Source: Trichosphaerium sp. ATCC 40318
Lineage: Eukaryota > Protista > Tubulinea
Assembly (NCBI GenBank): GCA_038496445.1
Contig: JALMLS010000594.1
Span: forward strand, 1-64,000
Direction: 5' to 3'
DNA length: 64,000 nucleotides
Position 1 is the first letter of the stretch, and every line of letters starts with the position of its first letter. A program made the translations under genes and the position numbers. The notes below the pieces were generated by a model. The model did no database searches, had not been told where the DNA came from, and saw nothing but the letters and a program-made list of their open reading frames with translations. Of this stretch, positions 1 to 11,804 are shown one piece after another.

Positions 1-1088
1 CTTGTATTTATCTCAACTTTACAAGCTTGCTTCTACCCAGATGAGTACCTCACTTCAGTAGGTACGTAACTTATTGCGATAACCTACCTTCGACGGTTTT
101 ATTAAGTTGAATATGCTTGCCTACTTGATACTACCAGACCACGTGATCAACGTCATATTTATATTCATGTTTAACCTCCAAGCACAAGAGCGCTGTTTAT
201 ACAGAAAATGCTATTTTTTATCTCATTTCTTACTTTAGCGTATCTACAAAACGGGAATATTGCTGTTGCTTTTCAGAATATTATGAGCGATGTTGGTTTC
301 GTACGAAGTTTGAGACCTGGAAGTTGTACTCCGGTACGTTGAGAATATATTTATTAAATTTAACAGCACTCTATACGGTAGGTTGACAGATGTGATGAAA
401 TGAGTACATCTAACCCAAACACAAACATGAATGTCGATCCTATAACTGGTACCCTGTACGGTACCATAGACACCAGTGTTGCTGTCAATTCTTTTACGTC
501 ACTGTGTGAAGGTACCCTTGTATGTTCGTCTATGGTATCAGGACCTCCTAGCGCAGCTCCAAGTACGACTAGTAAACAGTAGCTTTATGTTGACTTGATT
601 TTTCTTCTAGCTATTGTAATTGGTTCTATATCATACATTGCAAGTGGTAGTGATATTGTGCGTATGAGACTACCAATAAATCCGCCTGATGTGTGTTCGA
701 TGCTTGGATCACCGATCACAACATCATGTACAAACATTAAAGGTAAATCAAGACAAGTAAACAGTTCTAGAAAAAAATAACATTGTTTACTAGGGTTGGC
801 TGTTTATGACAGTACACATATCTTAGTTGTTTGTGGATCAGAAGAAATGGAGAGTCATATATGTACAATACAAATACTGAAGCTTTGACAGCAAGTGGAT
901 TTGCTCAGATACCAACTCCAGACGATATTGTTGGCTTGTCTATTTCACCATGCAAACCGTACTTTTTAATACTTGTGTTCTTTCTTTTCATCGCATTCTT
1001 ACTTGTTTGTTTTTCTAGAAGTCATATTGATAGTGATATGCGTAGAGCTTTACTTTCAGGTTCAAGTGGTTATGGCGGCGGTAAATAA
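1..1088 (+). CDS. Secreted beta-propeller-like family, subtype A copy (5'-partial; exon 1 lies off-window)
   Basis: Exons 2-7 align with paralogs (YLQNGNIAV; NTNMNVDPITGTLYGT; FAQIPTPDDIVGL; terminal exon SHIDSDMRRALLSGSSGYGGGK*). One G is missing at ~850 relative to paralogs (ATG GGA GAG), giving an apparent frameshift. Confidence 0.75.
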
Positions 1089-1550
1089 TGACTACCTAAC
1101 TCTATGAGCAATGTTTCAATAAACAATAGACATTTAATGAGTTGGAAACTGGCCTTCGCACATCTACGCTACATAGAATTGACACAAGATTCACAGATAA
1201 TTAACAAAACTATGTTTCCCCCATTGTTACGATAACTACAACACGAAAGTAGTTCAATTCAAGTCCCAATCTAAAAAATGTCTGGTGGACCTGTGGTATG
1301 AGAAGTAGTGCACTACTGGCTAAACATGTACGTACCTCGGTCTTAGAGATAGCACCGCATAGTTTATATCATAGTTTGTAAAAGTGACTATCCGGAGTTA
1401 CACAAAATTGGTATATATAACAATTTAATATTCACGCTATTGTAGCGTTTGTAGAGCAAAGCAGTGGGTGATATCAGCAGATTTGATAATAAAATGTGCA
1501 TGTGTGTCAGATTCTAACAGATGTTTCAAACCTCCCAAATAACAACAACA

Positions 1551-2816
1551 ATGTATCCTCGACCACTCCTCCTTTGTTTATTGGTTTCATCTTTCGTATA
1601 TGTATCAAGAGCTCAAAATACATTAGCAGCCGTAGGATACGAAGTGGGTGGTTCCAGGTTTTTCCAACGCTTTGAGTTGGAGTCTGGAACGCTTATAGGC
1701 GATCGTAAGTTCTTACAAACTTTCCTCTCTTTTAAACTTTATTCTCATACCCTGTAGCTTGTGCGCTTGAGCGCGACTATATTGCTTCAATGAGTGCGTC
1801 TCAATACAATAAAACACGTTTTAAGATTTCGGAGTAATTCAAAGCAAAAGACTTCTATTGTTTTTAGAACTGAGTTTGCGTTTAGTCAAAACTTCTCTTT
1901 GTTCTTTGTTTATTTCTTTTAGCGTTTCTACAAAATGGAAATCTTGCTATGGGTCTTGAGGGTGAATTTGATACGAGAGACGGTATGGTACAAACTTATG
2001 GACCTGAACCAGGTTGCGTTGCCGTACGTCATATTTAAAGAAACAATTTTCTGGAAACTTGAAAACGTTTTGTAACACGTGTATTTCTAGATTGAGAGTT
2101 GTACCGAAATGGCTACTGCTGCCACAAATACAAACATGAATGTTGATCCTGTAACGGGTACCTTGTATGGTACTTTGGACAATAGTGTCTCTGTCAATTC
2201 TTTTGCGTCACCTTGTGAACCCACTCCTGTGTGTGCGGAAATTGTAACAGGACCTCCAACAGTCGCAACAAGTAAGACTATTTTCACATTTTGATTTCAA
2301 TTCTGAACTAACTATTCTTTTCTTCCAGCTATTGTCATTGGGACGACAGTGTATATGGCAGCTCCATTCGTTAATGAGATTGTTGCTATGCTACTGCCAG
2401 ACACACCACCTGGTATGTGTTCAATGGTGGGTGATGCAGTCGCATCGCCATGTACCAGCATTAAAGGTAAAATCTCAAACTACAAGATAAAAAGCATTAA
2501 CAATAATCAAGGGTTCACTGTATTTGACAGTACACATATCCTTGTTGTTTGCGGATCACAAGAAATGGGAGACTCTTACTTGTTCAATATAAATGATGCT
2601 AGTTTCGCAGCAAGCGGATTCGCTCAGATACCTGATCCTGACAGAATTGTTGGGTTAGCTGTAGTAGGTGGAGCAAGTGGAGGTGGAGATACATGTCAAA
2701 CGTACTCACATTGCGTTTTCTTGCTGTCACCATTCTTATTTTTTTCTAGAAATGAAGTTGACAGTGCTGCGCGTATAGCTCTGCTTTCAGGTTCAAGTGG
2801 TTACGATAGTAAATAA
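1551..2816 (+). CDS. Secreted beta-propeller-like family, subtype B, intact 7-exon gene
   Basis: Signal peptide MYPRPLLLCLLVSSFVYVSRA; six GT-AG introns give one continuous frame ending ...ARIALLSGSSGYDSK*; intron positions shared with paralogs. Confidence 0.85.
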
Positions 2817-3162
2817 TGAACGGTTGAAGGAACATTACTATGTAAAACTTAATATACTCAAGCGTTTGTTGAATTTCAACAATAATCCTTCGGTTGCTTT
2901 ATTTCTAAAAGGTGAGAAACACCTTTCTGTCTAATGATGTATGTATTTGTCTTAAATATGCTACGGTATGCTGAGCTTCCAAATCATGGATACAATTGCG
3001 CGTAGTTGCATTACGTAATTGCACCAAAAGGTTCAAAAGTGAATACATCTGAACAACTTTTATTCCATTAACTTCCTTTTCCACAAATGGTTTTTTTTTT
3101 TGGACACATTCACGCTTTGTTTTAGTATGAGTGATGACGGTGATCTTAAAGATTATTGGAAA

Positions 3163-3306
3163 TATGCATTATCAGCTAAGGTTGTTTCTTGCTTTCATCT
3201 CTTGGATTAATATCAAGCTCGAACTAGAGCCGTTGTAGCTTATTACGTTGAACCCCAAACTGGTACTATTCATCGCTTTGAGTTGGAGTCTGGAACCGTC
3301 TTAGCA
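3163..3306 (+). pseudogene. Orphan exon-1 fragment of the secreted family (subtype A-like)
   Basis: Encodes AVVAYYVEPQTGTIHRFELESGTVL followed by a GTACG donor; no downstream exons recognisable. Confidence 0.6.
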
Positions 3307-3499
3307 GTACGTTTTTATTATATATTGTACTTTACAAGCCTGTCCCGTTACGTGATCAACCAAACTTTGTTTTGTTTTCCTTCTCTTCAGTCAAGATTGT
3401 GTCATATATCTAGGGTTATAAGACGTTGTATTAGACAAGGTAAGGAGAATTCTAATCTACTACAAACTTATTTACAATGTTTAAGGGAACTTTGTTATC

Positions 3500-3832
3500 T
3501 ACAGAATTGATAAAAACTCACAGATAAATAACAAAACTCAATAATGTGTCAGATATGGTTCTCCCCATTGTTACGACATTTACAACATAGTATTTACATA
3601 ATATCTGTGTGGATGAGAAGTAGTGCACTACTGGCTAAACGGTACCTACACCGCATAGTTTTACATCATAGTTTGTAAAAGTGACTATAGTTACACAAAA
3701 TTGGTATATAACAATTTAATATTCACGCTATTGTAGCGTTTGTAGAGCAAAGCAGTGGTGATATCAGCAGATTTGATAATAAAATGTGTGTCAGACACAG
3801 GTTCATCCAAAACATCCTAAATAACAACAACA
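3500..3832 (+). repeat. Duplicated upstream/intergenic segment (copy of ~1170-1550)
   Basis: Shared blocks such as tgagaagtagtgcactactggctaaac and caatttaatattcacgctattgtagcgtttgtagagcaaagcagtgg. Confidence 0.8.
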
Positions 3833-5096
3833 ATGTATCTTCGACCACTCCTCCTTTGTTTATTGGTTTCATCTTTCGTATACGTATCAAGAGCTCAACA
3901 TACATTAGCAGCTGTTGGATACCACATCGGATACCTCAAAGATGATTTTTTCCAACGCTTTGAGTTGGAGTCTGGAGATCTTATAGGCGATCGTAAGTTC
4001 GTAAACATGTATCTTTCTCTTTTAAACTGCTATTCTCATACGTTGTAGCTTGTTCTATAGATTCCGAGTTTATTGCTTCAATGAGTGCGTCCCAATACAA
4101 TAAAACACGTTTTAAGATTTTCAGAAGTTAATTCAAAGCAAAACGACTTTGTATTGTTTTTTCGAACTGAGTTTGCGTTAGTCGCATCTATATCTCTTTG
4201 TTTATTTCTTTTTAGCGTTTCTACAAAATGGAAATCTTGCTGTATCTTTCGAGGATGGAAATGAAAGAAGCGGTATGATACAAACTTATGGACCTGAAGC
4301 AGGTTGCGTTGCCGTACGTCATATTTAAAGAAATAATTTTCTGGAAACTTGAACACGTTTCGTAACACGTGTATTTCTAGATTGAGAGTTGTACTGAAAT
4401 GGCTACTGCTGCCACAAATACAAACATGAATGTTGATCCTGTAACGGGTACCTTGTATGGTACTTTGGACTTTAGCGTTGATGTCAATTCTTTTGTGTCA
4501 CCTTGTGAACCCACTCCTGTGTGTACGGAAATAACAACAGGACCCCCAACAGTCGCAACAAGTAAGACTATTTTCACACTTAGATTTCAATTCTGAACTA
4601 ACTATTCTTTTCTTCCAGCTATTGTCATTGGGACGACAGTGTATATGGCAGACACAAACAACAATGAGATTGTTTTTATGAGCCTGCCAGACACACCACC
4701 TGGTATGTGTTCAATGGTGGGATCACCAGTCGCATCGCCATGTACCAACATTAAAGGTAAAATCTCAAACTACAAAATACAACATTAACAATAATCAAGG
4801 GTTCACTGTATTTGACAGCACGCGCATCCTTGTTGTTTGCGGTTCAGAAGAAATGGGAGCATCTTACTTGTTCAATATAAATGACAACTCTTTCCCACCA
4901 AGCGGATTCGCTCAGATACCTGATCCTGACAATATTGTTGGATTAGCTGTAGGTGGAGCTATATGTCAAAGGTACTCTCATGGCGTTTCTCCTTTTTTTT
5001 AAACTATATTCTTACTTTGTTTCTAGAAGTGAAGTTGATAGTGCTGCACGTAAAGCTCTGCTTTCAGGTTCAAGTGGCTATGGTGATAGTAAATAA
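3833..5096 (+). CDS. Secreted beta-propeller-like family, subtype B, intact 7-exon gene
   Basis: MYLRPLLLCLLVSSFVYVSRAQHTLAAVGY...; same six introns; ends SEVDSAARKALLSGSSGYGDSK*. Confidence 0.85.
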
Positions 5097-5379
5097 TGAA
5101 CGATTGAAAGAACATTACTATGTAAAACTTAATGTACTTTAGCGTGTTTTCAACAATGCCTTTTTTTTTTGGTTGTTTCTTTTACAGGTTCTGTCTTATG
5201 GCGTATGAAATTTATCGTAAATAAAGTGATTTCAATTATTGTGTACCAACAGGTTTGAATATTTGCGACACTCTTTCTTCCTTACTCGGAAATAATAAGC
5301 CAATTTTAGATTGAAACCTGTCGACATAGCTTTACCCAGTGCCGTGTACAATCTAAATGGGCACTTTGTGTACTCTACA

Positions 5380-5800
5380 ATAAAATTGAGTTAGAGTCTG
5401 GAACACGTATTAGCTCTTGTAACACTAGTAACGTTGGTCTAAAAAACAACAAGCGGGTATCTACGAAGTCACGTGATCAAAGGTCAAACCACAAGAATGT
5501 TTTTGACTATTTTTTGCTATTTTTAGCTGTTATGCTCCTTCTCTTACCACTTTATTGCTGTATGCATGTTTCCGGTACTGGTACTGCACAAAATTTGAGC
5601 CCAGTACTTTGCGCTCCTGTATATCAAAGAGAAGAAACCTACCATTATTAATAACGCAATAAGATACGAATGGGATGATTGCCCAAACACAAACATGAAT
5701 ATTGGTCCTTTCACGGTACCATGTATAGTACCATAAACAACAGTGGTGCCTTTAATCCTTTCACATCACTATGTGAAGGTACTTCTGTTCACGTATGGTG
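5380..5800 (+). pseudogene. Decayed copy of the secreted family (subtype A-like)
   Basis: Remnants gagttagagtctggaacacgtattagctc (exon 1 end) and cccaaacacaaacatgaatatt...ggtacc...tcactatgtgaaggtac (exon 4) with broken frames. Confidence 0.55.
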
Positions 5801-5934
5801 ATAAGTCTTGTCTATTATCAATTACATAAACATTACGATTATCATCTATCCTCAGTCAACGCAAATCCACAAACTACAAAAAACACGTGACAACGAATGT
5901 AGCACGTGTATAACCTTTTACTGTTATAATACAA

Positions 5935-6546
5935 ATGGCGGCTACCGAGGCAAGTTATTATTTGATTGTAATGTGATCAGCCTTCTAAAGCACTTGATAT
6001 TAGATTAAAGGCTCTACGTTAGATTGTTGCTTACTATTGTATGTTCCGCTTGAATTACAGCTTGATATACTTGAAATAGACGCAGAAGTATATTTAAAAT
6101 GGCCTCTGCTATCCAAGAAAACAGCGATGACAACAAGGTTTGATTGTGACTTGAATAAACATGGGAAATGGCAGAAACACAGAAAAACAAAAAAGAAAAG
6201 TAGGCGCAAGAACATCTTGACACATTATCAGATTGTATGTCAAGAATATTGGAGACATGGAAAGCTTCATGGAGATTATAAGGAGTGGCATGGATGTGGT
6301 CAACTAATGAAAAGGTGCCCGTATGTTAATGGAAATAAAGAAGGAGTACAAACACTTTGGTATTACAATGGAGACATATGGACACAAAGTCATTATGTTA
6401 ATGGTAAAAGAGAAGGAGAACATAAAGTGTGGTATTCGAATGGTCAGCTGTCTATACAGTGCTATTTCGCAAATGACACCCTGGTAGGAGAGTACAAAAG
6501 ATGGGAGAGAAATGGTCAATTATCAGCACATACTAGCTATTCGTGA
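5935..6546 (+). CDS. F-box-like + MORN-variant (YwqK-like) repeat protein
   Basis: VPLELQLDILEID N-terminal motif; repeats of Y.NGK.EG..K.WY.NGQL. The ORF has no in-frame ATG of its own; ATG at 5935 joins in frame through a GC-AG intron (5950-6003). Confidence 0.7.
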
Positions 6547-7097
6547 ACAAACTGGAGAAACTCACGTGTTTAGTACATTTTTGAGAGGTAGGTGAAACAA
6601 TTGAAGTATTGTCTGTGCACATGTGGCAACAAGGAGCTAGAGCTGTATTAGCATAACAATAAAGGCATAACTACTTTGCAAGTTCTGCCTTCAAAATGGT
6701 AGCCGTCGCAGGAGGACGGGAAGACGGTTCAGTAAAACGGCATTAAACATTGCTTTAATTGCAAGCATAGTATTCTCCACGCGTAAAAATAGCGTAGAAA
6801 ACAGTATTAGTCCTCTTTTAATTAATATAACCTCTTTTTTACTACCGTTTGACATACTATCACGACGCCAGCGTATAAATATTAGCGGTTTCCATTCCTA
6901 GGGAGTCCTCGTTTAGTTCAAGGGAAACAGCCTGTGCACTTTTGTTGTTTCCACATAAATGCGTGAGACTTCTAGAGGCGGAAAAACCCGCGAAACATTG
7001 AACCCTATCGGAAGATTTGCCTTTTTTGGTAAGTGTTCCGCTTTTATGACCAATTGTGACTGTAACGAGAGACCATTATATCTTCACAGCAACCCAC

Positions 7098-8120
7098 ATG
7101 GCTACTATTCACTACCTCGCTCTATCTGCTCCATGTCGTATCGCTCATATTGCCGCTCTCGCCACTGGAGCTGAAGTCACACTCAAGGTATTAAATGCCA
7201 GGCAAGACACGTACTTACGCACTCCTCACTAGACTGTCGATTTACTCAAAGGAGAACATAAACAAGAAGCGTTCTTGGCAATCAACCCAAAACACCAAGT
7301 GCCTGCTGTTACTGAAGGAGATGTAACAGTATGTGACTCTAGCGCTATTGTCAGGTACTTTAATATATTCTCTTTTAGAAAAACGCACTGACACTTGAAA
7401 AGGTACTTCAGCGTTAAGAATCCATCACCTGTGTACCCAATAAACGATGCAGCAGCATTAGCACCAGTACGTCCCAAAAAAAAAAAGCTCGTTTGTGGTG
7501 ACGTCATTGTGTTTTGACATTGCGTTTGTGTTCGAGCTCGTACTGAGCAACAATTTTTTTTTGATTTGTTTTTTTTCGTTTAGATTGACTCTGCATACGA
7601 ATCTATTCGTAATGATGTGTTTGGAACTTGCAACAGCTTCGCTTTTGAGAATGTTTTTGTATCAAAAGTATTTAAGATGAGAGACACAGATCCAGAAAAA
7701 ATGAAGGAAATTACAGCTAAACTTACAAGTGAGGTACGTCTTCACTTCAAGAGATTCTCATTACTTTCTTCTTTCACTCTCATCACAAAAGAGATACCTA
7801 AAGTCTTTGAAAACTGCTGTTAACGAGGACAGAACAAACACTTTATTGTTTTGTTGAACCTGCGTTCGAAGACTAACATGGTTTTTTAGTTGGAATTTTA
7901 TGAGAAGAACTACTTCAAGTCATCTGGTTTCTTGGTCGGTAAATCTGTATCTATGGCTGATTACACACTATGCGTTTCTCTCGCTCATGCTACTGGTACA
8001 GGATACAAGGTAGCTCTTCCTACAAAGGTCGGTGCTTTGTTCGAAACTCTAAAGAAGGATCCTATTTATGCTACAGCACACAAAGATTTCTTTGGGTTCG
8101 CTGCTAGCCTCAAGCTTTAA
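7098..8120 (+). CDS. Glutathione S-transferase (5 exons)
   Basis: Spliced product has SAPCR, VDLLKGEHKQEAFLAINPKHQVP, DSSAIVRY and C-terminal FLVGKSVSMADY motifs. Confidence 0.92.
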
Positions 8121-8446
8121 AAATAAAAATACTTTTAAATAAATACACCAATTAATCAAACGCGGTATCAGGTTTCCGATAATGAGTAAATATATTCACG
8201 TGTTTTTGTTCACAACTTTTTTTTGACATGTTTTTACGATTTAGAAAGCCAGAAAAAAAGAAAACTTTACAGGCGCCATGGCTACTTTAGTTTCTTGATT
8301 TCTTGTTGTTTTTTTGTAAGTATGTATGTGCACTATTTTTTAATGGGAGATTTATTGAAAAGACATAAGCCTACTTTGCGTTGTATGGACGTAATTGTTT
8401 GAGATTTTTTTTTGTAGTTGAGCCATGGGAAAAAAAAACAAGTTTT

Positions 8447-9088
8447 TTAAGCAAAGTTCATTATAGCGTCCAACTCGAAGCAATCGCCTACACACTGGGT
8501 TGAACATTGCCATCCTGTCATATCAGAGCAGTAGTATACATCTAATAAACGATTTTTAGGATCAAACAAGTTAAAAAGATATCCAAAAATCTGAAACGGT
8601 AAAACGTGCGTAGTCATGTGATTTTGAACAAAATAATAAACACAAACGTACTGTCTGATTCACGTGTATATTTTACGCAATCTGGGGCAGCTACACCAGC
8701 ACCATTACCAGGATCAGGTAAACATAATCTAGCACCAACTGTCTTTAACTGAGAGCAGAATCTACGCGATAATTAGCGAAAAAAAAAGAAAAATCAAATA
8801 CAAAGCGCCCGCGGGGCTTTTATTAGGTTTGTTTGCTTTTTTGTTTATTTATACGTACTGCACCATCTGTAATAGCGCAACCTTAACTGCGCGGTTACAA
8901 GCGTCATCGCGAGATTCGCATGAGGTACCATAACCACAACCAGTTGCTGTTGTTTGGTTACAGTAAAACATGCCGAGTGGTGGTGTCTCTGGAGGAGTTG
9001 AAGAAGCTGTTGGTGTTTGTTCGTAGCTTCTTGTAAGACTTGCGCATACAACGGCTAGAAGTAAAGAGATACAAATAAGGTATTTCAT
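8447..9088 (-). CDS. Small secreted Cys-rich protein (~146 aa, 3 exons)
   Basis: Signal peptide MKYLICISLLLAVVCA, P/T-rich linker, then 11 Cys; two GT-AG introns restore the frame to ...CVGDCFELDAIMNFA*. Confidence 0.75.
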
Positions 9089-10123
9089 CGCGGAGCAGTG
9101 GTTGTTTTAAAAGGATCACCTCAGATAACAGATTGGAAAATTCGATTTTTTTTATGTGCATTGTGGTTTTTTTCAGTTTTCAAAAAAAACCTCTTTAGAC
9201 GATCCTTATTCCTCTCATATATTATCGCAAGGATATTTAATTTATGTACCTACAAAACGCGGCTATCAGATTATAATTTCGTATTCGCAAAGGTTTGTGG
9301 CCATTTTTTTGCTCAAAAATTAATGGTTTTGGTGAAAAGTTTTGGGCACGTGATAAATATTACTTTATCTTAAGCTAATACTGTCAATATACGCGTAATC
9401 AGATGTTCTTTGTTGTATTGGGAAAATACACACTTAAAAATTAACAGCTTAGTTAGACTCTACAATACCACGCACAGTACTTTCGCATTGCGATTAAATC
9501 GAGAATACAAGTCTAAAGAACAGCTGTCTCAGTTAATGTTCTTCCGGTATGAAATAATGAATTTCATGACTAAAATATACATTCACGCACATTAGGCTGC
9601 GGCAGTAAACGTTCGAAAATTGTGCAATTTGATGGCTGATTTTACTGGATTTGTGGGTTTTGGTGTTCTGTTGACTGGTAGTAAAAAAAGGAGCATTCCC
9701 GGGAAGTGACAACAGGTGCTACAAACCAAAAGCTCTTCAAACTCCTGAGTCACCAAACGCCCGTGAGTATTAATGAATATGCCATGCGGACACTGATATA
9801 AATATTGCTTGTATTCACAACACAAGAACAGTACTCAGTTTGCACAAAAGCTAGCCTACTGGACCCGTGAGTTTGGTAGGTTTTGGTACACTTGAGATTG
9901 GCATTTTTATTTTTACCAAAGCAACGAATATCTACCGTTTACGTACCTCAGCCTGTAGAAAAACGAGTCTCAGGAGCATCAACGCAAGAAAAGCACATCA
10001 GTGAGTTAGATGGGCAACATGCGGCTTTCTATGTTAGGTTCAGAGTTTAAAGAAACATGAATATCAACAAACAGACTAATCAAGTAATGTTTATTAAGTT
10101 TTACTATTAACGTTCTTCAGACA

Positions 10124-11383
10124 TTATTTACTATCGCCATAACCACTTGAACCTGAAAGCAGAGCTTTACGTGCAGCACTATCAACTTCACTTCTAGAAA
10201 CAAAGTAAGAAAGGTGTTTAAAAAGAAGGAGAAACGCCATGAGAGTACCTTTGACATATAGCTCCACCTACAGCTAATCCAACAATTCTGTCAGGATCAG
10301 GTATCCGAGCGAATCCGCTTGGTGCGAAAGAATTGTCATTTATATTGAACAAGTAAGAGTCTCCCATTTCTTCTGATCCACAAACAACAAGGAGGTGTGT
10401 GCTGTCAAATACAGTCAACCCTGTTTATTTTTAATGTTGTATTTCATAGTTTGAGATTTTACCTTTAATGTTGGTACATGGTGCTGTGTTTGGACCACCC
10501 ACCATTGAACACATGTCAGGTGGACTTGCTGGTAAGCTCATAGCTACAATAAAATCATCGTTTGGGTCTGCCATATATGCTGTCGTCCCAATGACAACAG
10601 CTGGAAGGAAGAATAGTTAGTACAGAATTGGATTTCAAGTGTACAAAGAATCTTACTTGTTGCAACTGTTGGAGGTCCTGTTGTTATATCCGAACATACA
10701 GGAGTGGGTTCACAAAGTGATGAAAAAGAATTGACAGTAACACTACTACCCAAAGTACCATATATAGTACCCGTTACAGGATCAACATTCATGTTTGTAG
10801 CCGTTCCATCCATATCCGAATCTGTGCAAGTTTCAATCTAGACATAATCACGTGATTATTATGAACGATTGTTGGCTTCAAAAAAATTGTATATAATATG
10901 ACGTACAGGAACGCAACCTGGTTCAGGTCCCAAAGTTATCACACTACCGAGTCTGTCACCAGTTCCATCTTCAAGACCTACAGCAAGATTTCCATTTTGT
11001 AGAAACGCTAAAAGAAATAAATAACGAGCAAAAAGTAGATGAGACTAAAACGCAAACTCGGTTCTAAAAAACAAAAGACGGCTTTTCGCTTTGAATAAAC
11101 TGCCGAAACCTAAAAACGGGTTTTATTGTATTGAGACGCACTCATTGTAGTAACAAACTGGGGACCAAGCACACAAGCTACAAGGTATGAGAATAAAGTT
11201 TAAAAGAGAAAGACACGTGTTTAAGAACTTACGATCGCCTATAAGCGTTCCAGACTCCAACTCAAAGCGTTGGTAAAATCTAGAGCTACTATCGTATCCA
11301 ACAGCTGCTAATGTATGTTGAGCTCTTGATACATATACTAAAGATGAAACCAATAAACAAAGGAGAAGTGGTCGTAGATACAT
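10124..11383 (-). CDS. Secreted beta-propeller-like family, subtype B, intact inverted copy
   Basis: Same signal peptide, six introns and terminal exon SEVDSAARKALLSGSSGYGDSK*. Confidence 0.85.
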
Positions 11384-11804
11384 TGTTGTTGTTATTTGGG
11401 ATGTTTTGGATGAACCTGTGTCTGACACACAATGCACATTTTCATCATATCTGCTGATATCACCCACTGATTTGCTCTACAGCTAACGGAGGGTACAATT
11501 AAGGGTACATGTGAGCTGGCCTATCTATTGTAGGTCGCTATGGAGTTATATCTCGGAAACTCACGAGCCCGTTGAGTCTCGGAACATTAACTGAATATCC
11601 TCAACACGGACACACAACAATAAATTAACTAACTTGTTGGTAGCCACTTGTGTGTATCCATTGTCTTCCAGCCTGCTTACAAAAACAGTGTAGGCTATTT
11701 TTAAACACACATAAATTTGAAGCAGTTCTTCGACTCTCTTGAATATTTCAGACATTATTTTGCAACTAGAAGACAGCTGAGATTGTCTCTTAAGTACAGT
11801 TCTC

